Source: Dipteris shenzhenensis
Lineage: Eukaryota
Length of the DNA: 64,000 bases
Strand: one strand, 5' to 3'
Assembly: GCA_047967505.1 (NCBI GenBank)
Contig: CM106538.1
The position numbers and the translations under genes were made by a program. Below, in pieces: positions 39,420-52,574 of the stretch (within the stretch, counting starts at the first letter, position 1; each line of letters starts with the position of its first letter). The notes below the pieces were generated by a model that was not told where the DNA came from, did no database searches, and saw nothing but the letters and a program-made list of their open reading frames with translations.

Positions 39420-39600
39420 TCCTCCTCCCCTCTCCTCCAACCTTGCAACCCACCCTCTCCCTCTCCTCCTCCCCCCCTCATTCTACTCCCTTCTCCTCCT
39501 CCTCCTCCCTCCTCCCTCCTCTCTCCTCCTCCTCCTCTTCCCTCCTCCCTCCTCCTCCTCCTCCTCCCTCCTCCTCCTTTCTTCTCTCTCTCGATTCCTC
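39420..39600. repeat. CCT-rich low-complexity tract
   Basis: (CCT)n-like runs. Confidence 0.85.
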
Positions 39601-40789
39601 CCATGCTCTTACATCTTCTTCCTCTCCCACTCTTATGCTCCCCCCAAACCCTTAGTTCCTCAACCCTTAACCTCCATGATGTATGAGGGAGACACGTCTC
39701 CACCATGTACTCTACCGTGAACCTTGGAACCTACTTGTTGGGGATTGTTCCAATGGTATCTCCATCACCTGGGTACAGTAGTCATACTGTTGTCTGGCAC
39801 TAGCTCCCCTTGTGGCTCATGGACTGGCATGTTGTGTTGGTGCCAATGTAGCCTCTGGTTCTGCTGATCTTGACTCAGGCTCTGGCTACCTCTATTGTTG
39901 GAGCTATATTGGTTACAATTGTGCATCGAGCTATAGCATCTCGTGGGGCAATTCCTCAATTCCGACCTCCAGAATAGGCATTTCTTTTGAGGTATCTGCA
40001 TTTGCCAATGTGATAGTAGAAGAAGTTGGTGACGGCTCCCATACTATTTATAAGGGAATTTCAACTCCTCAATAGCTTTTGGTGACTGGGGCAGAGTCAT
40101 CTCTCGTTCCTGTAGCTCTTTATTGATGATTATAGCCAAAAAGTGTGGAATTTTACATTTTTGGCCTGACGAACCATCTAGTTTTTTTGTGAAGAAGATG
40201 ACTAATTGCTGGATCCAATCTTGCTTTAGTTTCCTTCTTAGCAAAACAAATGTGCAAAGTGGAAGGGATCAATTCTTGCCGCACTTAACCCCTAGGATTG
40301 TAGATAGGAATTGTACTACTTCCTTGAGGCAAGGGTCAATGATGGTGCGAAGTGCGAAGTAATATGCTGACCCTATGGAACGTTGTGCCCTTGGCAAGGA
40401 GAGGCTGTACTTCAAAAAATTTAGCATTGGCAAGCCTTATAGGGTATATTTCACCTTTTATTGGGAGTGAAAAGTCCCTTTGAATGACTGTATTGTCGAG
40501 GATGATGTTGAGTGGGCTCTGATGTATAGTGATGATGCCGTACTTGCCAACTTGTGCATTGCTGGAGTGGTAAGAATGGAAAAAGTCCTTGATGTATGTG
40601 GTCATTGTAGGACTGTCCTCCAAGGATTTTAGGCTCTCATACAAACCATCTGAGACCCCTTTGCTCTAAGAAAGATGTTGTTGCATTGGAAATAGCATAA
40701 GTCGATGTAGGTGGCCTCACACGTTCCAATGGCTGGGGTCTGTCAATGGTTGTGTAGGCTGGTGGTGACTGGGGTGGCATTCCCATTGC

Positions 40790-42716
40790 ATCAATTTGTC
40801 CTTCATTCCCCCCCACAAATTGATGACCTCAACCCTAGCAATAGTCCATGGGAAACTTCATGGCTTGCCCACCTCTAGTGCCACAACCTGTTGCATCGAC
40901 AATAGACTCATTTGGGCATCCTCATCCCAACATGATCTCACTCTGACTTTGGTTTGTTGGTTTACAATTGGGAGATAGACAATGACTATGCATGGGAATA
41001 CCCTTAGATCTAATAAGGTAACACATAAGACTAAAAATCATTTGAGGGGGACATCCCAAGGCAGAAAACCCTTATTGACCACACACACAAAAATATTCTA
41101 AGTGGAAGATGTGGGGAAATACCCCCTTTGATGGCATATCTTGTCCTTTTCCTTCTTCTCTTACAAGCTACCATAGTGTGAGGCTCATTGTCATTGGAGA
41201 GGTTCTTGGTGTAGCCAATCTTGTAACTCCTTTGCTGTTTGTCCTTCTCTACACTCTTCAATATATCTTGTCCATATTCTACAATACAAGATCCTTGTAG
41301 TCCTTCACCTTATTTGAGTGTCCAAGCCTTAAAAACATTTTTTGAATCATATGGACTGAAGAGGGTCTTACCACTTGTCATGCAAGGGCAGTGTCTAGTC
41401 TTGTACAAGAGGTGGTCATGATTGTATGGCAAGGTATAGTCAACCAAATGCAAGTACATTTCATACATCATGAAAGATAGTGAAACCATAACTAAGGCAT
41501 CATAATGGTTGTAGTTGAACCTTTTTTCCAATCATATCCATTGGAAATCATCATGCAAGTCATGATATATTCTTCCTTCATGTAAGCTCCAATCCACACT
41601 AGTCAACTAGTCAACAAGATAGCATGGCTTGAAATCCACTTCAAAGTATCATAACCTCAATCCTCAACATAAAAGGTGAAAAATGCATTCAACTGAACTT
41701 AAAAAGTAATCTCTAAATCTCTGATCTGTACTTTAACTCCTCAAGCATCACCTTAGCATTTAGTGTAACATCAAACTTTAAAAATAGTCTAGAAATGCTT
41801 GCAAAAAACAGAGGAACCCTGGAGGATTGCTACCTCACTCCACAAAGCATCAAATAGAGGGCATTTTCTACACAATTAATGATCCTTGGGAGTAGAAGAC
41901 TCAGTGCAAGTCTCAGACCAAAATCTCCAGGGGCAGCAACATCTTCTCTACCTCTAAAAACATGTCTTATTCAAAACCCAACTATTTTTTCTTGATTTTC
42001 TCCTCATTCCCTTGACCATTTGCCCTCAAAATTCACCAGTAGGTGGCTCATAGGGTCTCCTAAGTGCACCTGAGACCATTTTTGAAATGGTGGCTCCAAC
42101 AAGCTAAATTTAAAGAAATGGTGTAGAATGCAGCACAGGCTATAGAGGCAATATTCCTTCAATTCCTCTCAAGTGGAAGTGCACCTTAACTAGGGGAATC
42201 TACACTTAAAAGGGCTAAAGCAATGGTTCAAAGATGAAAGAGAACAAGCACTTGGAAATTTCATGGGAAGAAGAGGAAGAAAAACTTCAAAAACTTCATG
42301 TGGTGAAGAAGATGATGACATGGCACTCAAAGAGGTCTCAAGGAGAGTGAACCAAGGCTTTGATACCACATGTTGGAGTTGCAAGAATGATTGAGAAAGT
42401 GAAGCAAAAGAGAGAGCATACTATTCAAGAGAGGGGCCCAATATATAGGCTCCAGCTACATCCAGTAGTGACATCACATATGAGTTGAGTAGAGCATCTA
42501 GATCCACAAATCTCTCAATCAGTTCCATGATTCTCTCAATCACACACCACACACCTAGATTCACTCAATCACACCTACTGACACCTATCCAGGCACACCA
42601 TGTGTTCACACACTCACAACCTTAGACCTTAGGACTCTAGATCCCATTACATCAATTTGTCCTTCATTTCCATGTCATGCACAGAATCCTCCTTGGAGCT
42701 ATCACTCTGAACCTCA
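40790..42716 (-). mobile_element. LTR retrotransposon 5' remnant (LTR about 42371-42716, PBS, decayed gag) interrupting the right inverted-repeat arm
   Basis: CTTTGATACCA (Met-PBS on the minus strand) adjacent to TGTTGG at 42371; arm homology resumes at about 42717. Left boundary is approximate. Confidence 0.65.
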
Positions 42717-43477
42717 AATGCATGTGGTTGCCATGGTTGAGAGGAGGTAGATAGTTGCTGTGAACTCTAGAGGGAGTCTGGTGGTCTCTTTCTGTGCATC
42801 CTCTTTAGTGGCGGCATTGTTTTTGAACCTGCATGCATGTGCATATGGTGTACCATTGATCATTAGATTAGTTGGCATGCAGGTATGACATTTTTGTGTG
42901 TTTGTGAGACAGCTTATTTTTACACATGCTTTGAGAGTGTGGAGTGAAAGTGTGTGGCACAATTATTCATGCAATTGACAATGTGTCTAAGCGAAAGCGT
43001 ATGAGTGCACGTGACCTAGTAACTAGGTTGGGACTAACTATATGCTTTTCTGTTGTTGCTGGGATTTCAAAGGGTAGCTAGGACTCAAGCATCACTTCTA
43101 AGCCCTAGGTTGAAATCGGTTGATGCTACCTATATGCATAAAGATGTACGTATGCAAGTGAGTTCTCATGATACAATCTAATCCTAACTAAGGAAGACTT
43201 GGGTTTCCCAAATCTTCATTTTTATCAGGGATGGCATGCGTGTTGAAGTAGTAGCACTTTAGCCAACTCCCGTTTATGGTTGTGTTGAATTGGACTCCAT
43301 CCAATGTTTCTAGTAGCATAGCTTTGATGGGATTCATTGTTTTGACTCAGTAGGTTCCTTGACCTAGAAACTTTAGTTGTCCCTTGTGTACTTTGGAATT
43401 GATTAAAGTCAATTCCATGAGGCTAGTAAGTCAATGATGCACATCAAGTTAATTGATTGAAGTTGTATAATATTTGG

Positions 43478-46400
43478 TGTCAACATTATGAAAAGAAGTG
43501 GGATTCCAAGATCATAAGGCATGGATATAGTTACATTTACAAAGTATACAATAACTAATTTGTGGTAGCTCAAAGTGTCCACAGGTTCATCACTCTGAGG
43601 TCACAATATGACAAAATATGAAGAGAGGAGAGGAGAAGAGTGGAGATGAGGAGAGAGGGCATAGCTAGAGAGCACACCACAAATGACTAACTATACACTA
43701 GATTTAGTTGAAAAAATAGAATATATACAAACCCATTTAGGGTTAGGGTTAGGGGATCTAACCCTTTCCTTTATAGCACTCTATAAGGTTAGTGCTCTGC
43801 ACATATGGTCACGTGATGGTGCTATGCACACATGATCACATGATGTTGAGCGTGAACTCTCAACACCTTCCCTCAAGATCAACATCATGAAGTAGGCCTT
43901 CCCTCAAGATGATGATTCTGGGGAATGAAAGAAGGACTGAGCATTACATTCTGTCACACCCCTTTAATGGGAATGTCCTTCCTTTGTGTCAAACCAAGAG
44001 CTAGTCGGTGTTTCTCGAAAACCCCTTTACCGAGTGGTTTGGTAAAGATGTCTACAACATTCTCTTTATTATCACAATGCTGTAGTGTGATGTCACCAAG
44101 TAACACTCTTTCTTTGATGAAGTGCTCTCTGACATCAATGTGCTTTGTCTTGGAGTGATATACTGGATTCTTGGCCAATGCTTGAGCTAATTGATTATCA
44201 CAGTATATTGTTGTTGGCTTTGACTCATCAAAGTAGTCTGTTTATGACTATAGTCTTCTGAGCCATATAGCCTCACATGCACCTGTAGTGAGTGCCCTAT
44301 ATTCTGGTTTAGTTGAAAACAAAGAAATAGTTGGTTGTTTGTTTGACAACCATCATTATAACACCTTGACCAAGGAAAAGTGCATATCCATGTGTCGATC
44401 TCCTAGTCTCATGATCTTCGGCATGGTCACTATCATAGTATCCATGCAACCGTGGATGACTTTCTTTGTATTCTATCCCAAACTGTCTTGTAGCTCTGAT
44501 GTATCTTAAGACTCTTTTGGCTGCATTCCAGTGAGACTGTTTTGGATTTTCCATAAACTGTGCTAGTGAGCTTACTACATAACAAATATCTGGCCGTGTG
44601 ATAGTCAAATATATAAGAGATCTGATGAGTTGCCTGTAATATCTATCATTGACTGTAGGATTTTCTAGTAAGTTTCAAACTCTGTTCCATGGGAGTGGCT
44701 AGAATCTTGCAATCTGCCATATGAAATTTCTTCAAGAGACTGTTAACATACTTGAGCTAACTCATGAATGTGCTATTTGAATCTCTCCAGAATTCAATTC
44801 CAAGACAATAGTGCATATGTCCAAGATCTTTCATGTTGAACTCTGCAGATAAGTATGAGCTTTGTAGTAGAGAGTATGATCTGCATTGGATTTCATGTAT
44901 CCCAGATCAGCAAAATACTTGTCGATTCTGCTGTACCAACTTTTGGGTGTGTGCTTTAAGCCATAGAGACTTTTCTTGAGATGGCAAACCTTATTCTTTT
45001 TTCCTAGTTCAACATATCTTGCTAGTTGTTGCATGTAGACTTCCTCATCTAGATAACCATTGAGAAATGCATTCTTGACATCGAGCTGATACACATTCCA
45101 TCTGTTGAGTGTCGCTAGTGATATCAAGAACCGCATGGAATCCATCTTTGGTACTGGAGCATAAGTCTCATCATAATATTGACCATATTGCTGTGCAAAT
45201 CGTTTTGCAACTAATCTGGCTTTGTATCTTTGAATACTACCATCTAGATTGTACTTCACTTTGTATACCCATTTGTTTTCTATGGCCTTCTTTCCTGGTG
45301 GAAGGTCGCATAATTCCCAAGTATTATTCTTATACAAAGCATCCATTTCATCATGCATAGCAGTTTGCCATTCTGGCTTGTCTATTGTGTCTTCGAAGTA
45401 CACTGGCTCTTCTATAGCCATGATGGTAGTCATAAGAGCATAGTTGGTCGTTTCAACCTGAATTGCTTTGCCTCTATGAGCATATGTCAATCTGGTTGGT
45501 GGTCTACTTTCGCTAGTAGTAGACCATCTGAGCTACTGTGGCTCTGCTTGGGGTGTTTTTGGCAATTCTTGCTCTTCTTAATGAACCTTTTCTGTAGATG
45601 ACTGTGAAGTCTATGCTTCTATCTCCTATGTATTTGAGGTTTTCCATTCTGATTCCTCATCAAAGATTACATCTCTGGAGATAATGACCTTGCGGTGGGA
45701 TCATACAACTTGTATGCTTTGCTTTCTTCACTGTAGCCAACCATGATGCTGACTTTGCATCTAATTTCCTGCGATGATCATTATGTATGTGGGCATATAC
45801 TATTCAACCAAATATGCGGAGATGCCCAATGTATGGTTTATGTCCAATGAATGCTTCATAAAGAGTCATACTCTATATCGGTTCGGTAGGTTGCTGATTA
45901 AGCAAGTAGTTCACAGTGGCTATTGCTTCTACCCAATATTGATTCGGAAGATGCTTCTCGCTAAGCATTGCTCAAGCACTATCTTGCTAAATTCTTCCTT
46001 TTAGCTCTTGCAATCTGATGAGGAGTATTTGCATAAGTGAATTGTCTTCGAATGCCATGACTTTGACAAAAGTTCATGAATGTTGAAGACATGTATTCAC
46101 CTCCTCTATTTGATCTCATGACTTTGATCTTTCTACCTGTCTAGTTTTCTACATGGCTTTGAATTCTTGAGATCTAGAAAACACTTTAGATTTCTCTTTC
46201 AGAAAGTAGACCCAACAATATCTGCTGTAGTCGTCGATGAAAGTGAAGTAGTAAAGTGAACCATTGATGTTGCAGGTCTCGACATAACCCCATACATCTG
46301 TATGTATCAAATAAATAATACCTCATGCACGAGAGGTACTTCTGCCAAAATTGGTTCACTTTTGTTTGCCAAAGCAGCATGCTTCACAAACTTTTGAAAG

Positions 46401-48475
46401 AAACTGTAGCTTTGGAATCCCTATTGCTATATTCTGATTCTTGAGATCTAACAAAAGTACTTGAAATTGACATGATCATATCTCTTGTGCCATTTTGCAG
46501 ATAGTGGCATCTGTTGCAGTTGAGCTAACATGGCATGCGTGTTTGGTATTGTAGCTAGCATTCTATATAAGCGTCCTTACTTGAAACCTTTCGCTACTAA
46601 GCTGAGATCTTCTAGATTTATCTCCGATATTGCATTCATCTCTGTTGAAGATGACTCAATAGTTGTGTTCCCTCATTTGACCTACTGATAAGAGGTACTT
46701 GCTGAGCTTCGAAACATAGAGTATATCTTTCACCAATACTTTCATACCAATGAAATTGTTCATAGGGTAACACCTGTCCCTTGAACTAGATTCAATGTGT
46801 TATCTACTATGTAGATGACATTTTTTTGTCCTTCTAATGGTTTCATCTCTGCGAACCATTCCTGATGATTTGTCATGTGATATGATGCACCGCTGTCAAT
46901 GTACCAAGGATCCTACTCTGCTTGATCGACTTGATAGCTAAAATCCTCTTTTGGATTAAAATAAGTGTCTAGGTACATTGTATCAGTCTATTGCATTTCC
47001 TCACTTGCAAGAAGCATATTCCCATGTTCATTTGGAAAATGACTATCACTAGATAGTCCACCACGATGATTTCCTCTGCCGTGGAAATTCCCTTGATTAC
47101 TACTGGATTGACTACCTTGGTTGTACTGCTTCTTGCAGCAATCTCTTTCATAGTGTCCAAACTTGTGATAGTAGTTGCATTGAATGTTTGATTCCCTCGT
47201 CCTTGGAATCTTTCTTGGTTGGAATGATTTCCTCTTTGTGGATTCTGATGTTGCTGAGGATGATGCTGATGTTGATGCTGATTCTGACTTTGCTAATGAT
47301 GACCACTTCTCTAGAATGATCTACCTCTACCTCTGCCTCTGCCTCTACTTCTGTCTAAAGCTATGAATGCTTGATCATTAGAATGACCTTTTCATGCTTG
47401 AATAGTTTGAGTCCTGAGTTCTTCACCAAGCAGGATTGACTAGAGCTCTTCCAATGTTGGAATTTGCCTTTGGATGGCAATAATCTAGACTAGATTCATG
47501 TATCCCTCTCCTAGTCCATGCAAGGTGCTTTTATCCAGAGTACATAAGCATGACCGATTTCACTGCTATTGCGAAAACTCTGGTTGATTTGGTTTCTCAG
47601 TGTGAGAATCCTAGAAGTGTTCTTAGACTCGAAGAGAGCCATGAACATATCCCATGCTTTTTTCGATGTCTTGAATGTGTTGAGATGTACTAGCATGACG
47701 TCTTGCACATTTTGCTTAATCAAATAATAAGCATACTTGTCTTTCTTATCCCATTTTGTTGTGCTCCAGGCAATGGAAGGATCTGCTATAGGTGTGAAAA
47801 TTGTCTGTGTAGCTATAGATCCCATTGTAGATCCCGCTATTGGTGCTGTAACAATAGGTGGAGTAGAGCTACTGGTGGCTGGATCGTCCAATGGTCTAGG
47901 TGTAGACCCATCGACATACTCCCATTTGTCTTGAAGTACAAGAATGGTTTCCATTCGATATTTCCATGTGCCATAGTTGGAATCGTCTAGCTTAGTAGAT
48001 GCCTCCAGATTGAGGTTGCTAGTTGTAGACATGGTGCAAGAAATGTACTCAAAATATCGTGAAAATCTCTGAATGAATCAATTGCAAAACACTGACTCTG
48101 CCAAGTGAAATATGAGCTGTCGGTGAAGATAGAACTATAATAGATAAAATCCGATTTATATTACAAGGCTTGTGGCAAATGATGTCGAGAATAGCCAAGA
48201 GGCTTTACTAGGCTGAAATGATGTGCACAATGCCATGAGATAGCCAAATAGGCTTAAAAATGATGGCATGTGTGTGTGAAATCAAATCATGTGCTATCTA
48301 CCCACTTAATAATAAGACAATGCCTTTGAACACTGTGAGATCTGCTCACTGAACTGATGAACGTCAAGTTTTAGGTAATGTGATGATGTGAAACCATATG
48401 TGAGCGTATGGATTGACTCCAAATACTAGGTACTAGTCAGGAATTTTGCGCATGGCTTAGATTGGCAACTTGGGG
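43478..48475 (-). mobile_element. Ty1/copia element, decayed, 5' LTR missing
   Basis: Gag from 48032 (KLDDSNYGTWKY), RT (KWVYKVK, QLDVKNAFLNG, LKKSLYGLK), RNase H (KTKHIDVREHF). PPT abuts a putative 3' LTR at about 43478-43865. Confidence 0.9.
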
Positions 48476-50295
48476 GTTCCCGCGTAGTTACACGAGAGTG
48501 GAGCATTGATATCTAACACCCCCCCCTCAATGTCCACCTGCAAGTGAACTTACTTTTTTGGCCCAATGCCAAGTCGATGAAGATGCCTCTCCAGCAAGTC
48601 TCTTCCAAGAGCCTTCATGAAGATGTCCACAGCATTCTCTGTAGTCGGGCAGTACACCAAGTCGACCTCTCCATCCATGATGAGCTCGCGTATAAAGTGA
48701 TATTGAATCTCAATGTGTTTTGTGCGAGCGTGGAACACAGGGTTCTTTGCAATCACCATGCAACTCTGATTGTCACATGATAACTGCGTAGGCTTGTTCT
48801 TCACTGCACTCATGTCCCCTAAAATCATCCTCAACCATACTGCCTGGTAAGAAGCAAAGCATGGTGATTTGTACTTAGCCTTGGTAGAAGCAAGAGCAAC
48901 TGTGGGTTGCTTCTTGTTGACCCATGACACAGCTCTAGATCCAAGTGAGAAACAGTAACCTGTCATTGATCTCCTGCTGTCCACATCTCCTGCCCAATCC
49001 GAGTCACAGAATCTAGTCAAGATGTTGCTCTTGATATAGGTGATGCCATAATCAAGTGTGCCTTTGATGTATTTCAGCACCCGCATCCCTGCCCTCCAAT
49101 GGTTCTCCCGGGGCTTATTGGAAAACCTGCTTAGTACACCAGCCGCAAAGCTGATGTCCGGCCATGCATGATGGAGTTTATGGTTTTGAAACATGGGCCA
49201 ACTTCCCTAGGCAGCTAAAGCCAAAACGAATCACTTACACTGCAGACAATAGAACACAGTGCATCTGCATTTCTTCTTGTCCATGCGAGAATCTCATCTG
49301 TAGTTGGTACTATCTGTTGTGCTACATTGGCTGGATTCAGTCTCGGAACCGGCTTCAAGTCCACCCCAGTAGCAGTATCCCAAAGCTCGTATGTGCTTAG
49401 GATGGTCTTCATTTTGAACTTCCAAAGTGGATAGTTAGTGCCGTCCAACGTTTCGCTTTCGCCGAACGGTGGGATTCACAGTCTTGCGGGTTGGGCCATC
49501 TCTCACAATCTACTCGCAAACAAAAACACACTACCAAATCTTCTTGCTAGAGTCCAGTCTCTGATACCAATGTAAGAAAACAATACAACGTCTATGCTCA
49601 ATAGATAACAGGATCTCGTACACAAGAGATAGTATGGAGAATCAAAAATTTGATTACTGTAAAATTGATACAATAGATGGCACTGCCTCCCAACCGTGCG
49701 CTCCTGTGAGAGAAGCTTCGATGGCGTGCTGGAAATAGTAGAGGATGGAGGTTGGATGCTAAGGAATCAGGGTTGCTGTAGCCAGTGATGAAATGGGCTT
49801 CACGGGCTTGCTCTTATATAGCCACCACTAGTAGTCGGTTAGACCCAATTGAGTGACCGAGCCAGTCTGCCCAAAACGACCAACTAGGGGTCGGTCCCAA
49901 AATAGGCACCGACCAGACGAGAGAACTGGTGCACAAAATAGAGCAACTAACCTATGGTCTTTGTTTGGTCCAAAGCCATCCAGGATCATCTGAGGCTCGA
50001 AACGGTGGGCCCCATAACCCGAGAGTGGACTTGCCTCGGGAAATGCTCCATCTACCCTCAATGCGGTCAGTCATGGGATACCTTCCCGCACTTGCATGTA
50101 GCCTAGTTGGCAGTGTGCCAACTCTATCTAAAGCCGTCCAGCCATCAAGCCACACATGGCCCCCATCTAGTGTCCAAACCAGGACCTACCGGATAACCGA
50201 GCTACTCAAATGCCTTCTCCTCATATGGGGGGCTTACAAGTAGAGTTAGCTAGTTCCCGCATAGTTATAGAAGAGTGGAGCATTGATATCTAACA
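48476..50295 (-). mobile_element. Ty1/copia deletion derivative: 5' LTR 49571-50295, PBS, gag fused to RT end/RNase H, 43-bp stub of 3' LTR
   Basis: TGGTATCAGAG PBS; DGTNYPLWKFKM; PDISFAAGVLSRF...CDSDWAGD...RTKHIEIQYHF; PPT at 48519-48530; GAGTGGAGCATTGATATCTAACA ends at both 48518 and 50295. Confidence 0.92.
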
Positions 50296-52480
50296 AATAT
50301 ATGGACATGAGGGGAGTAGATCTAGCTCTTTGTGTTCACCGTATTAACTTAAAGAAAGATGCCAAGCCCGTAATTTGGTAGTGCTATCAGATGAACCCAA
50401 ATTATGCAAAGAAGGTGAAGGAGGAGATAGATAAACTGTTGAGGGTGGAATTCATTTATTCGATAGATAAAACAACTTGGATATCACGAATTGTCATTGT
50501 GCCAGAGAAAACTAGAAAACTCTAGATTTGTGTGGATAACAGGAAGCTGAATGTAGCAATGATCAGGATCCATTTCCTTTTCCTTTCTGTGACACACTGC
50601 TAGATGCAGTGTTGGGGCATGAAATGTACAGTTGGACAGCTTTAACGAGTACAATCAGTACAGATGGCTGAGGAAGATAAGGATAAAATAGCATTTGTCA
50701 CAGAATGGGGAGTTTATGCTAGCAATGTCATGACCTTTGGATTGAATAACGCACCACCAACATTTCAGTCTAGATATAGAAGGTCTTTGAACCATACCTG
50801 ACCACATTCATGTAAGTGTTCTTGGATTACTTTAGTGTGTTGAGAAGTAAAATTGAGCATCTGGACTAGCTGCAATTGTTCTTTGAGAAGTGCCGAAGTA
50901 CAAGGTTGAGGTTGAAGCCTAGTAAAGTGTACATTTGTAATAAAGAGAGGAGTTTTACTAGTAGGTAACATCATTTCAAAAGAATGTATGGCAATTGATC
51001 CCCGGAAAGTGGAATCCATCCAGAAAGCCATGGTCCCTTGGAATGTTAAGGAGTTATAGAGGTTTGTAGGTCAGATGAAATGGCATAACTAGTTTCTATG
51101 ATATTTGTCATATGTCTTCCAGCCTCTCACCAAGTTGACGAAGAATGATGCTCCATTCAATTGGGGGCAGGAACAAGAGAATGCATTTTGACTATTGAAG
51201 AAGATCCTAGTAGTTTCCCCGGTACTACAATTGCTAGCTTGGATTTTGGACTTCCATGTATTTGTGGGTGCATCGGATATTGCTATCGGCGCAATGTTGA
51301 TGTAGAAATGACGCAAAGGTTGGTATCATGTAGTGTATTACACAAGTCAGACACTCACCAGTGCGGAAAGGAACTATTTACTCATAGAGAGAGAAGGCCT
51401 TGGAATGATTTACTCTTTGGGGAAATTCCATCATTACTTATTGGAAAACAAGATTGTATTCCATGTAGATCATCAGGCATCGATGTACTTGGTAAATAAA
51501 GTAAAACCAATTGAGAGATTGGCATGATGGATCCTTCTCTTGCAAGAATTTGACAACATGTTAGTGCATACACCAGGAAGCCAACACTTGGTGGCAGATT
51601 ACCTAAGTAGGTTGGAATTGGGAGAAGTATCTTTGGAAGGCATTTTGGATGATTTACCGGATGCACATTTGTTTGCAGTAGAACCTATTCAGGGGATGTA
51701 CTGGTATGATAACATGATACAGTTTCTGACAAATAGGGATTTCTCGAAAGAAATGTCCCTGAATTAGAGGAAGAGGATGGCATTAAAAGTCAACCGTTTG
51801 TAATAATTGTCAGTATTGTATATCGATGAGGAGTGGGTCAAGTATCGATGAAGTGTTCAGAAACATGCATTGGATGCAATGCTAATAGAGGCACATCAGG
51901 GGGTATCCGGTGTTCGTGTCACAAGAGATAGTATAGCAAAGAAGGTCTTCCAAGCAGGTTTGCGGTGGCTAACAGTTATCAAAGATGCACATGAATTCGC
52001 AAAGCAGTGTTGGTGTTGCCAAAAGTACAGTCATCCAATGAACGTAGATAGGATTCCTTTGAACCCAATTCTTCCATTGGAACCTTTTAAAAGTGGGGCT
52101 TGGATATTATGGGACCATTTAAACCAGTAGACCAGTATGGGACCGTTAAAACTGACAGCCCAATATATGAGAAACAAATACGTGGTGATGGCCACATACT
52201 ACTCGACCAAATGGGTGGAAGCATAGGCACTCTAGGAAAACACTGTAGCTAGTACATCAAAGATTATATACAAGAACATCATCACTAGATTCGGTTGCCG
52301 AAAACCAATTGAATTAGTATCAGATCAAGGAACTCATTTTTAGAATGCCATAGTAAAACAACTGACAGAGATATACATGGTAGTGTATAAAATGGCCATG
52401 ATGTATCATCCACAAGAAAATGGAGATGCAGAGAGTAGCAACAAGACTGTGAAGCAGATCTTGAAGATGACCATATTTGC
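50296..52480 (+). mobile_element. Decayed Ty3/gypsy pol of non-chromovirus (Athila/Tat-like) type
   Basis: CVHRINLKKDAKPV, KVKEEIDKLL, MTFGLNNAPPTFQ, YYTSQTLTSAERNY and YSTKWVEA with many stops. Confidence 0.85.
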
Positions 52481-52574
52481 CAAGCTGACTCTGATTCCCA
52501 AACTCAATCAAAAAGCATGGGGAAGATAAAGTTGTCTTTTGGAACATCTCGGACATTGCGCTCTAAGGCCTAGA

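Larger units (their letters stand above)
35187..43012. repeat. Large interrupted inverted repeat: two opposed copies of one repeat family
   Basis: 35187-35490 matches the reverse complement of about 42717-43012; 35550-36560 matches the reverse complement of about 39775-40785. Translated ORFs agree (HTLKACVKI...NNAATKEDAQKE; KKLDGSSGQKCK). Confidence 0.9.

Noticed and set aside
43736-43755. TTAGGG x3 telomere-like repeat (also TAACCC near 26750)
   Set aside because: Only 2-3 units, inside an LTR or TE; not an interstitial telomere array.
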